Positions 49,801 through 57,940 of a DNA stretch of 64,000 nt are shown piece by piece (position 1 is the first letter of the stretch; every line of letters starts with the position of its first letter). The notes under the pieces were generated by a model. The model worked only from the letters and a program-made list of their open reading frames with translations. It was not told the origin of the DNA and ran no database searches. Location of the stretch: NCBI GenBank assembly GCA_963801605.1, contig CAWDFP010000006.1, positions 1,344,001-1,408,000 of the forward strand. Direction: 5' to 3'. A program made the translations under genes and the position numbers. The stretch comes from an uncultured candidate division Zixibacteria bacterium (lineage in GTDB: Bacteria; Zixibacteria; MSB-5A5; UBA10806).

Positions 49801-50144
49801 CCGTCACTTTTAGCCCGTCTTTCGAATCCGACCGCCAGAGCGATACCGGTCTCAAAGCCTCTCTTCCGGCGGTGGAAACGGGTCTCACACGGGAAATCGA
49901 ACGAACTGGCAGAATTTCAGCCAGGATAGGTTATGCCAGGATGATTGCTGCTCCTCATAATGTTTATGTTCCCTTTCAGGTGGCGCAGGGACGAGGCCCT
50001 GGCGATAACTTCGAGGCTAGCCTCATAGCTCGGCTAACCGTTACTAATAACGGACGGATTGATTTGTCTTATCGCTTCGAGGATTATGCCAAACGGCCTA
50101 TCAAGCATAATTTTAGATTAGAATTTACGGTGCTATTTTTATGA
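46875..50144 (+). CDS. Large outer-membrane beta-barrel candidate with SprA-like segment
   Basis: Signal peptide, alternating beta-strand pattern, GSEKIYLDG....GDDYQIDYDAGTILF motif. Confidence 0.65.
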   Translation: MKKCIASLFVFFLYAIASSQAPDTSVTVHGKGTRGPYQLGFRYLINGSFSLFHGDKPISADSFTVQFADGILDLTEPLPIGDSLFARFRFMPLTLKTRYFLHDIASSSADTSTIIDLKSTPGVEHFGSDLSITGSKGFSFQAGQGVNNSLSQSLNLSIAGDLIPGLHTSAHISDKSTGTNGVTRRLEELDKIYIEAESDKFKGTFGDFDYTRDRDPLLGFERKLTGLKALYANKGNSIQGAAAFFPGEYSSITISGHDGQLGPYYLTDLGGRQGTQILPGSEKIYLDGILQRRGDDYQIDYDAGTILFAPSKVIRDESRITLDYEVSREEYGRSFYSASGEAAPAPGFRVYSSVLQEGDNKSSPKSFEMTDEIKSILQNAGANRFSAAKSGVKPVGPGLGSYNLDTTGTPHYVYVGANRGSFDVTFSFIGTNLGSYRALGGGSYVYNGLNLGDYEPVILIPLPQVSRYGSFGSTWMAPDSSIAFEGELAGSLNDRNTLSNFDPVQQGASGYGAAHLRQNIFGENSFIGFDARFRKIGREAIFPGRIDDVERYRKYDLDAALPSAGEKVEEAAISGGPDKQRVISFEMGYLTHPDIKSRYRQAAGLNWKIIGPLSISSSLERTTGIRTWWKRNALISANMKRFQPSFRVNFEQRDGLSGFKYYEYGASLPATYTQNISGTTELVFRDEKYLDTVWKNKFQSGSIQQNLNFVLGPSGFSGELAGSYYRKHYRDFAGTDSDQRTGWTRLTYSDPAGRGSFSVNERLSSSNERLQSKNYLFVGLGHGDYRLEDGEYISDPQGDYIAVIDELGEGEKISEINTELSGSLSPFVAFDPSRKIESSAGRLSIESDLTYSLKKSSNRLLGWDFFPWRTSHVSKVVLQNGQLNTRVYYYPPRGNHRFRYNMERTFENGAPYSNETSNNRSRTDELSWAFPANKKLDIILSLSSSNERRSVNGSGYNIDRNSVTISNSYRPTKSWTVTFSPSFESDRQSDTGLKASLPAVETGLTREIERTGRISARIGYARMIAAPHNVYVPFQVAQGRGPGDNFEASLIARLTVTNNGRIDLSYRFEDYAKRPIKHNFRLEFTVLFL

Positions 50145-51788
50145 GATGGCGATTCGGAATATTTCTTCTTCTACTTTTTGGAAATGCCTCGGCAATCGAG
50201 ATTTCGGGCAATCATCTATTTAGTTATAAAGATATATCCCATTCAGTGAAACTTAATGTTAGCAGCGATTCTCTGATTAACCAAATTCAGACGCTTTATC
50301 GAAATGCAGGGTACTTCAATGCCAGGATTGACATTATTCCCGCCCAAAATACCGCTGATACAAAAATCATTATTCGCGAAGGCCTACCATCCCGAATCGA
50401 TGGCTATGACAATCGAACTTATCCCGCCTGATTCACAGATAACTTTTGATGATTTTATTTCCGAAATAAAAGGCCAAATCGCATCGCAATCTAATCTCGA
50501 TGATTTGGCCAATCAATCAATAGCACGTCTCGCCGAAAGCGGTATGCCGTTTGCCAGCGCCCAGTGGCGTGATTTTCAATTTGATTCTACCGGCAATATC
50601 GCCGCTGCCCTGAGAATTGTCTCCGGGCCGCGTATCAGGATTGCCAGAGTGCTTTATCGTGGCTTGAAGCGAACCCGACCGGAAACTCTCAATCGTGTCA
50701 TGAACTTCAGGCTCGGCGATTTCTATTCTGAATCGAAAGTATCTTCATCCGAACGTCTGCTCGATCAAATGCCTTATCTTCGAATTGCCTCTAAATTCGA
50801 AATCGAACAAATTGGCGATGGTGATTCCTGCGCGGTGATATTTAATGTCAGGGAGCTTCCCTCTACAAGGTTCGATGGTGCTGCCGGGGTGTCTTCGATT
50901 AAAGGCAAATCGACATTTGTGGGCCGGCTCGATCTCGAATTTGGTGATATCCTCGGCAGCGGACGAGCTTTTGGTCTTTTATGGAATAAAAAAGATCGCT
51001 TCTCCAGCGAGATTCGCATAAATTATCTTGAACCGTATCTACTGGGAAGCCAATTTGATTTAAACCTGGAAACTCACCAGGTCGATCGCGATTCTCTTTA
51101 TATTGAAAGTGGCGCCTCGCTGGGTTTATCGCATGATTTTGGTGACGGCCTGGGCGGCAGCCTCAATCTGGCAATAGGACGGACTGTACCTGAAACTGGA
51201 AGCAAGGTCGCCTCATCGAATGGCAGTGCTGTGGGTGTTCAGTTCGATTATTATAATTCCGATCACCCGGATAATCCGACTACCGGCTATGTTATTATGT
51301 CAAACGTAAACTACAAATATCGTTCCAATCAGAATAGTGATTCGCTCGATCTCCCCACTCGTCTTACATCGGCAGGCGTCGATCTTCGCTATTATGCGAA
51401 AGTCTCATCACGTTTCGTGGCGGCCTTTGCTGTTAGCGGATGGGGAATTATTTCTAATGATGGTCAGGTTCCGCCCGACGAGCTTCGCTACATCGGAGGC
51501 TTTCAAAGCCTTCGTGGTTACGCCGAGCGCCAGATTCCGGCTTTTCGTTACGCCATCGCAAGTTTCGAACCGCGCCTTATCACCGGACGGGCAAGCCGCG
51601 CCTACCTCTTCTATGACCTTGCTGAGGTTAAAGGCGGACAGGTGGGACCATATCGATTTTTCCCCGGATACGGCTTCGGACTGGTAGCGCCGACCAGCCT
51701 GGGTCAATTCAAGCTTGAAATCGGATGGGGGAAAAATGGCTTTCCCTCCAATGCCATCCTCAATTTTGGCCTGGCAGGACGATTCTAA
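50141..51788 (+). CDS. Omp85 (BamA/TamA) family protein with POTRA domains; frameshift at ~50402
   Basis: YRNAGYF and G..RT POTRA motifs, GGFQSLRGY loop-6 motif, G.GL...T.LG, terminal F. Confidence 0.8.
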
Positions 51789-52628
51789 ATGAAGAACCTC
51801 TTGCGCTGGCCCGCTCTCTGCCGCCCTCTGAACTGCCTGATCACCTTTCTATCCGTCTGGGTTGGGGCCGTGGTCGCGGGTCAGGTATATTTCTCAAATC
51901 GAATATTAGCCGCCTCGCTTTCAGCCGCGCTTATCACAGCTTATGGAAATATCGTCAACGATCTTTTCGATATCAAAGCCGATAGCATCAATAAACCTGA
52001 TCGTCTGTTGGCAGGCGGAATTGTAGACAAATCAACTGCAATCGTGCTCGCCATTTTGTTTGCTTTATTTGGATTCGCCTTGTCATTTACCGTCGGCAAT
52101 CGAGGTTATCTTATCGCCCTTTTGACAATCATCCTTCTTCTCTTCTATACCCCGATATTCAAGGGTAAAAGCTATCTTGGCAATATCCTCGTGGCTGCGG
52201 TATCGGCTCTGGCATTCATTTATGGGGGAATGGCGGTCGATAAGCCCTTTGGCGCCTTTTTCCTGATAATTTTTGCCTTTCTGCTTCATCTGGGCAGAGA
52301 GATTGTTAAAGATATTCAGGACACAATCGCCGATCTGATAGTGGGGCATCGGACCGGCGCAACTATTGCTAACGGCAACTGTTCGCGCGTCCTGGCATCG
52401 CTCATTCTGGCACTCCTGATCGCCACGACCTTCGTGCCATACTTCCTCCACATCTATGGCCTTGGATATCTGATAGTCGTAATCGCAGTCGATCTAGTTC
52501 TCGCCGAGTCTATCAACCGCCTGATCATCTCCGGAAAAGAAGACGCTGCCCGTCGCGTTTCCCGCTGGCTCAAGTTAGCTATGCCTTTAGGTTTGCTTGC
52601 TGTACTCCTCGGACGGTTAGGATTGTAA
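51789..52628 (+). CDS. UbiA-family prenyltransferase, DGGGP-synthase-like
   Basis: RP.NC, NDLFDIKADSINKPDR and REIVKDIQD Asp-rich motifs. Multiple TM helices. Confidence 0.8.
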   Translation: MKNLLRWPALCRPLNCLITFLSVWVGAVVAGQVYFSNRILAASLSAALITAYGNIVNDLFDIKADSINKPDRLLAGGIVDKSTAIVLAILFALFGFALSFTVGNRGYLIALLTIILLLFYTPIFKGKSYLGNILVAAVSALAFIYGGMAVDKPFGAFFLIIFAFLLHLGREIVKDIQDTIADLIVGHRTGATIANGNCSRVLASLILALLIATTFVPYFLHIYGLGYLIVVIAVDLVLAESINRLIISGKEDAARRVSRWLKLAMPLGLLAVLLGRLGL

Positions 52629-52812
52629 TTTATTCAGGAGAATCGCGGTTTAAGTATCGCGGCCAACTCAGCTAAACATTCGATCGGATTGCATTTACAT
52701 CCCCAGTAATTGATTCCTTAACAATATCTATAATATTTTCTAAAAGCGGAAACTTGGAGCGACTCCAACATGTTCTATATTCAAAACACAGAACCTTTTT
52801 AAGGAGCATTAT

Positions 52813-53187
52813 ATGATAAAAATAAACTCAAGAATCATCGGCTTTTTATTTGTGATCGCTATCGGCCTCTTCGTTATTGCTGGATGTGGCAGTAGCAGCA
52901 AGTCCACCAATCCGCCGCCCCCGCCGACTCATTCGGCTCATTTCCATGATGTTTCTATCGCAAATTTCGCCTATTCACCGGCTACCCTCACGATCGCTGT
53001 CGGGGATACTGTTTTATGGACCAATAATCAAAACGTCCAACATACTGTGACCTCTGATACCGGTACCGAGTTGTCGGGAGACCTCGCTGCCGGAGCTACC
53101 TATCAGCACATTTTTGGAACGGCCAACGTATACCCTTATCATTGCGCGATTCACCCCACAATGCATGGATCGGTAACTGTACAATGA
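52813..53187 (+). CDS. Cupredoxin (amicyanin/plastocyanin-like) lipoprotein
   Basis: Lipobox IAG-C. Type-1 Cu ligands HTV and CAIHPTM. Confidence 0.88.
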   Translation: MIKINSRIIGFLFVIAIGLFVIAGCGSSSKSTNPPPPPTHSAHFHDVSIANFAYSPATLTIAVGDTVLWTNNQNVQHTVTSDTGTELSGDLAAGATYQHIFGTANVYPYHCAIHPTMHGSVTVQ

Positions 53188-53287
53188 TAGGTTATAAAAT
53201 ATCATTTTGAGGAATAGGGGCGCGTGGATATCACTCGCCCCCATTTAAGAAATATGACACTTAATAATATCAAAGCGAAGGAGGGTT

Positions 53288-53923
53288 ATGATGAAAGTTC
53301 TACAGTCTGCTTTCATGAGCCTGCTATTGATGACCGTGATGCTGTTTCTCGTTCCTATCGACGCATATTCCACGGTGCATCAAATTGCCATGCAGGATTT
53401 CTTTTTCTCACCGAGAAATACAGTCGTTAGCCCCGGCGATACCGTCCGGTGGTCCAACTCCAGCCTGGCGCCCCATACCAGTACGGGTGATACTCGCATC
53501 TGGAGTTCCGGTGTTGTTAATCCCGGGGCATCTTACTCCCGTCAATTTCTCACGCCGGGCGTTTTTGCCTATCAATGCAGTATTCATGTTTTAATGGGAA
53601 TGCGCGATACTATTCACGTCTCATCCGTTGGTATTGATGATCCCCAGTCTGCAATTCCGAGCGCTTACGAATTAGCTCAAAACTATCCCAATCCATTCAA
53701 CGCCCAAACCACCATTCAATACGATTTGCCGTCCGATGCCGATGTTACCATCACGGTTTTTGATATTCTTGGCCAGAAGCTGGAGACTCTTGTTGACGAG
53801 CATCAGGATGCCGGCCATCATCAGATCGCCTGGGACGCTGCTGATCAACCGTCAGGCATTTATTTCTATAAGATTCAAGCCGGGGATTTCTCTCAAACCA
53901 AACGGGCCACGCTGCTGAAATAA
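53288..53923 (+). CDS. Cupredoxin with T9SS/FlgD-type CTD
   Basis: Signal peptide, HTST and CSIHVLMGM, QNYPNPFN...SGIYFY...KRATLLK. Confidence 0.85.
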   Translation: MMKVLQSAFMSLLLMTVMLFLVPIDAYSTVHQIAMQDFFFSPRNTVVSPGDTVRWSNSSLAPHTSTGDTRIWSSGVVNPGASYSRQFLTPGVFAYQCSIHVLMGMRDTIHVSSVGIDDPQSAIPSAYELAQNYPNPFNAQTTIQYDLPSDADVTITVFDILGQKLETLVDEHQDAGHHQIAWDAADQPSGIYFYKIQAGDFSQTKRATLLK

Positions 53924-53935
53924 ATTTCTTAAAGT

Positions 53936-54056
53936 GGATGGCATACGTCCTCGTATGCCATCCTGATAATAAAAATGTTATGGCCGGTAGACGCCCTCGT
54001 CTGCCCCGACACCGCGTTTCGTCAGGTCGTAGGTCCCTTGGGATCGTGACCTGACG
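53936..54056. repeat. Cluster of three REP-like palindromes
   Basis: GGATGGCATACG/CGTATGCCATCC (53936-53963). GGTAGACG/CGTCTGCC (53986-54005), with an inverted copy at 59919-59940. CGTCAGGTC/GACCTGACG (54020-54056), with a copy at 59782-59813. Confidence 0.75.
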
Positions 54057-54756
54057 ATTTATTCTTCCTGATTTTATAACACTTCTCAAGCACTTCCCGG
54101 CTGATTTGAAATCCGTGCGCCGGGATAAATATCTCGCACGTGCTTTCGAGCAGCTTGCCCCAGCTCTTGATTAATTGGTCGGCATCATCCGCGAACGGGG
54201 GGAATGCTGAATTGGGAATCGCGCCATAAAGCGTATCGCCGGCTAGTGCTATCTGGTCATCGATAATAACGCTGATCGATCCCGCCGAATGTCCCGGCGT
54301 ATGAATGATCCTCGCCTCGAATCCGTAATCGTTTAGGCTGATCACGTCCTCTACCAGAATATCCGCCTGGCATGGCTCATATTTTACTTTGGCCTGTACC
54401 TTTTTCCCGAGCAGCTCCAACGCTAACTTTGCCGGACGAATAGTTCCGCCCGGCAGCGGTGAATTCCCACTTTCGAGAAACTCCGCCTCCGATTTATGAA
54501 CGATTACCTTCGCGCCGTACTTATCCCGTACGTATGCCGCATTTTCGACATGATCAAAATGGGTATGCGTCAAGATCAGGGCGTCGAGTCTGGCGATCCC
54601 CAATTTCTCGAGATGTTCCACCAACTTCGTCCTGTAACTCTCCATGCTGGTATCGATAAGGATATTATTATTGCCATTGGAAAGCAAAAATACATTAGCT
54701 CGTAAGGTCAACACTTCTGTAATCGTATAGCCGCTTTTGGTCTGCCATTTTTTCAT
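54022..54756 (-). CDS. Metallo-beta-lactamase-fold hydrolase
   Basis: THTHFDH, TPGHS, AGD, PAHG. Confidence 0.9.
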   Translation of the reverse strand: MKKWQTKSGYTITEVLTLRANVFLLSNGNNNILIDTSMESYRTKLVEHLEKLGIARLDALILTHTHFDHVENAAYVRDKYGAKVIVHKSEAEFLESGNSPLPGGTIRPAKLALELLGKKVQAKVKYEPCQADILVEDVISLNDYGFEARIIHTPGHSAGSISVIIDDQIALAGDTLYGAIPNSAFPPFADDADQLIKSWGKLLESTCEIFIPAHGFQISREVLEKCYKIRKNKSSGHDPKGPTT

Positions 54757-54878
54757 TTGCGCCCTTCTTCATACATAATATACCAGCCGGCCATCGATTT
54801 GTATGCAAAATTGATATATTTAAAACCCGCGTAGGATGCGCTTCGCGCATCAAAGGGGGGATGCGCCGGCTTATTTAT

Positions 54879-54912
54879 GCCTCAGGATGGAAACGTAGTG
54901 ACATCCTGAGGC
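54879..54912. repeat. GCCTCAGGATG..CATCCTGAGGC palindrome (second copy 57030-57063)
   Basis: 11-bp arms. The second copy has one mismatch. Confidence 0.75.
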
Positions 54913-54928
54913 CCATTCTTGGCAGAGT

Positions 54929-56161
54929 CTATGATCGTAGCGTCTTGAGCGCGTTAGTGGCGTTGGTATTGCTCGGGTTAAGCTTAAGTGATTTTTTATA
55001 ATTTTTGATGGCAAGTTCCTTATTCCCCAATTTCATATACGCTTCACCGAGACAATCATAGGAATTCCAGGCGTCGGGAAATTCTTTTACGTAAAGCTGA
55101 AAAATCTTAAGGGCATCATCATTTCTGTTTCTTTGAAGCAAATAATAGCCGACCGCGACCAATTGGCCCTCAGAAAATGAATAATCGTTGGGATTGTTCT
55201 TTTTTAATTCGTACCATTTTGCAATGGCGGCATCGGTGTCTTTTGCCTTTATCGTTTTGTAAAGCTCGACCCCCGCCGGGTCTTTGAGCTTTTTATCTTG
55301 CAGGCCATCAACTATCGCTTGGATCCATGGCCCCTCGGTGGCTGCGTTAGTATATGCCGGCCACTTATTCAGTATTTTTTCTTTCTGCATGGTCCCGACA
55401 TCTTTACCCTCGGCCAGCCCGGCTTTTACGTCCGCAATCGAATTTTCGATCATTACCAGAAAATCTTTTTCTTCGGTTATGGTGCAATTAGATTCGTGAC
55501 CGGGAACGAGAATTACATCGGCGGGAAGCAGGTCTATCGCCTTGCGGACAGCTATGGGATATTGAAGGGCATTTCCGCCGCGCGGGTCGACATAGGGGAA
55601 ATTATTATTGGCCCCTAATCCTCCCATGCAAACCACTTTTGATTTTGCGAAATGCACGATGATATCGCCGTCATCATGAGCGCCGGGGTCGGCTATTAGG
55701 CGGATATTTTCGCCGTTAAAAAACAGGTTCAAGGAATCTGCGAAACCAATCGTGGGCAGCATCGACTCGGGAAATTCCTGAAGCATATACGCGCCGGATG
55801 TCAATCTGCTGCGAAGGCTCGCGTGGCCGATTTTGATTACGTTTTTATCAAAAGAGGCGTTACCGATCAAATGCTCAGGATGGGCGTGCGTGCTGATAAT
55901 TATCTTAACCTCGCCTTTGCCGAATGATTGAAGGATATCCTTAAATTCAGCCGACGATGCTTCGGGGCCGGCATCCACCAATAAAATTCCATCGTCACCG
56001 ACTGAAACCAGCATATTAACCGCGCCTGGATTATTGGATGTGATCTCATAGATATTGGGGGCCAATTGAGTTGTGGTGAAATTGGATTGCTGCTGGGCTA
56101 ATACCGGTCCCGCCAATAAAAAAGGCAGGATCAGGAACGCTGACGTTAGAAACCTCTTCAT
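54929..56161 (-). CDS. Exported MBL-fold protein with C-terminal TPR
   Basis: GGAGG RBS, signal peptide, THAHPEH (HxHxDH variant), AHDDGD, VPGH, TPR YDCLGEAY...AIKNYKKSL.LNP. Confidence 0.85.
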   Translation of the reverse strand: MKRFLTSAFLILPFLLAGPVLAQQQSNFTTTQLAPNIYEITSNNPGAVNMLVSVGDDGILLVDAGPEASSAEFKDILQSFGKGEVKIIISTHAHPEHLIGNASFDKNVIKIGHASLRSRLTSGAYMLQEFPESMLPTIGFADSLNLFFNGENIRLIADPGAHDDGDIIVHFAKSKVVCMGGLGANNNFPYVDPRGGNALQYPIAVRKAIDLLPADVILVPGHESNCTITEEKDFLVMIENSIADVKAGLAEGKDVGTMQKEKILNKWPAYTNAATEGPWIQAIVDGLQDKKLKDPAGVELYKTIKAKDTDAAIAKWYELKKNNPNDYSFSEGQLVAVGYYLLQRNRNDDALKIFQLYVKEFPDAWNSYDCLGEAYMKLGNKELAIKNYKKSLKLNPSNTNATNALKTLRS

Positions 56162-56332
56162 TCGAATCCTCCGCATTTTTGGTGATGATATGTGAAAATC
56201 TATTCTGGAACGGGATAATATTAGAGACTGAAATGTATCGTCGGTTAGTATTAGAAAAAGTAATCGCATAATACTAATAAACTTTACGTAAACTATGAAT
56301 ATCTGTTGCGCTGATTATTCTGTCGCTTGATG

Positions 56333-56363
56333 GGTCGGGTTCCGAGTCCGCGAGAAACCCGAC
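56333..56363 (+). repeat. GTAG-type REP copy (GGTCGGGTTCCGAG..AACCCGAC)
   Basis: Matches copies at 57165-57181 (-), 61040-61056 (+) and 61141-61157 (-). Confidence 0.75.
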
Positions 56364-56371
56364 AACTCCGG

Positions 56372-56944
56372 TTACATCAGCCTCACCGTAAACTCGCAGG
56401 TCTGAGCACCCTCGCGAATCGTCTCATCCATCCGAACTTTAGCAGGGCTGTTGAAAATCGAACTGAAATATTCCTCCAGCCAGGTCCGGCTGCACTGGCA
56501 GTAGATATCGGAAGCGAACGGCTTGGTCGCCGCGGCAACCTGTCCGCAGTAGCATCTATCGTATCCACCCATGATGGTGTGGTCGTCCACCAAAACCAGT
56601 CTGCCGCCGCCCATGCCGGTCTTATTCAGCCTGGTCAGGAAATCGGCAATTGATGAAGACTCCCGGTAGAGCGCTTTCGCCCTCGATCTGGTCTGCGCCC
56701 CGCAGCATTTCCGTCCGCACGATTGCATAACCTCCAAAGCCTTTTCGCGGCCCAGAGTTTTCTCCATCCGAACCATAGTGATGTCCCACCAGGCTGCTTT
56801 CTCCGGTGCTTTCAGTTTGTCGTAGCTTTCGATTCCCCTGGTAATTTTCAACGCAGCGTTCTCTCCGCCGATAGCGATCAGAAACTGCGCGAACCGCCCG
56901 ATTCGCCCCGATGTCGGCAACTCCGATTTGGGTTTAGCTTTCAT
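56372..56944 (-). CDS. Cys-rich DUF6144/V4R-like protein
   Basis: GGAGG RBS before M at 56944. CGRKCC, CYC, YCQCS and G...CEF motifs. Confidence 0.7.
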   Translation of the reverse strand: MKAKPKSELPTSGRIGRFAQFLIAIGGENAALKITRGIESYDKLKAPEKAAWWDITMVRMEKTLGREKALEVMQSCGRKCCGAQTRSRAKALYRESSSIADFLTRLNKTGMGGGRLVLVDDHTIMGGYDRCYCGQVAAATKPFASDIYCQCSRTWLEEYFSSIFNSPAKVRMDETIREGAQTCEFTVRLM

Positions 56945-57274
56945 CAATACCTCCAATACAAACATAAGACAGGTTGGGGGAGGGAGCAAGGGGATTTGGC
57001 AGGCATCTTTAGTCATGTACCTGTCATATGCCTCATGATGAAAAGCCTCTGACATCCTGAGGCGTAAAATATAGGTTACTGATAGGTTTGGTTTGTTCTC
57101 TTATCTCTTGATATTCGCTTAAAGTAATTCTCCTTTCGTCATATTGTCAGTTTGTCAAAGGTTTCTCGGAACTCGACCTACGATCTTCTGTTTTCAAATC
57201 CCCTTATTGTAAGGGGGCGGTCCCGGGACCAATTATCCCGCCAAAAATACGGCGGGTAAACCCTTTACAAGGTG

Positions 57275-57462
57275 GGACCTGCCCTAACCGTCGCCGCAAT
57301 ATTTCCGTCGCTCCGAAGAAGTCTTACTGACCTTCCTCATTGCGAAGGAGGGCGGTGACAGCCGACTCCGAGGGGAGTCCGGAGGACCCCCGATGGGTCC
57401 TAAGAGGACAGCCACCAAGTGGGAAGGTTTTGTGGCCACAATCATCCTTCCACTTATATAGC
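57275..57462 (-). ncRNA. Structured ncRNA resembling an IS110 left-end bridge RNA, with no recombinase gene
   Basis: Three consecutive stem-closed domains, a cUUCGg tetraloop and a G-U pair on the minus strand. Internal-loop strands match nearby end-like DNA. Identified by eye, no covariance model run. Confidence 0.5.
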
Positions 57463-57642
57463 CCTTAGAAATCAAAATGCACTTTGAACGCGTTTTCGGG
57501 GCTTTGTAAGAGCGAAAAGGGTGTTTATCAAAATGAGCCCCCACGGAGAGAGAGGGGATTTTTCGGTTTTGTGAATTTGAGGGAAAAGTACTCTGATTTG
57601 GGATGGTGTCGGGTTGCCTGACCCGACACCAAAAAGAATCCG

Positions 57643-57754
57643 GTCATTGCGAGGAGGCCCATTTGGGCCGACGAAGCAATCCCCCTGCAAAAAGCGTCTT
57701 ATGTTATAAATGACGAGGTAGGGATGGGGATTGCTTCGCTTCGCTCGCAATGAC
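57643..57754. repeat. GTCATTGCGAG...GAAGCAATC palindromic element (RPE/MITE-like)
   Basis: GTCATTGCGAG..CGAAGCAATCCCC left arm and GGGGATTGCTTCG..CTCGCAATGAC right arm. Confidence 0.8.
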
Positions 57755-57940
57755 ACGTCTGCGTAAGATGCCCCCGCAAAAGGCTATAGCGGACCAGATA
57801 GCCACTATTTTTGTTGACGATAATATTATATTTGTTTATAATCCTATTACAAAGCCAATCCTGATGTAATGGTGATGAATGTGTTATGTTCAATAAATAT
57901 TGAGTATGAATATTTTTTTTATTACCAATAGGAGAAATCA

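Noticed and set aside
57213..57417. tmRNA, RNase P or tRNA (GGGGGCG start, CCACCA end, GAGTCCGG)
   Set aside because: No T-arm GGTTCGA before CCACCA, no GAGGAAAGTCC P4 motif, and no acceptor-stem pairing.
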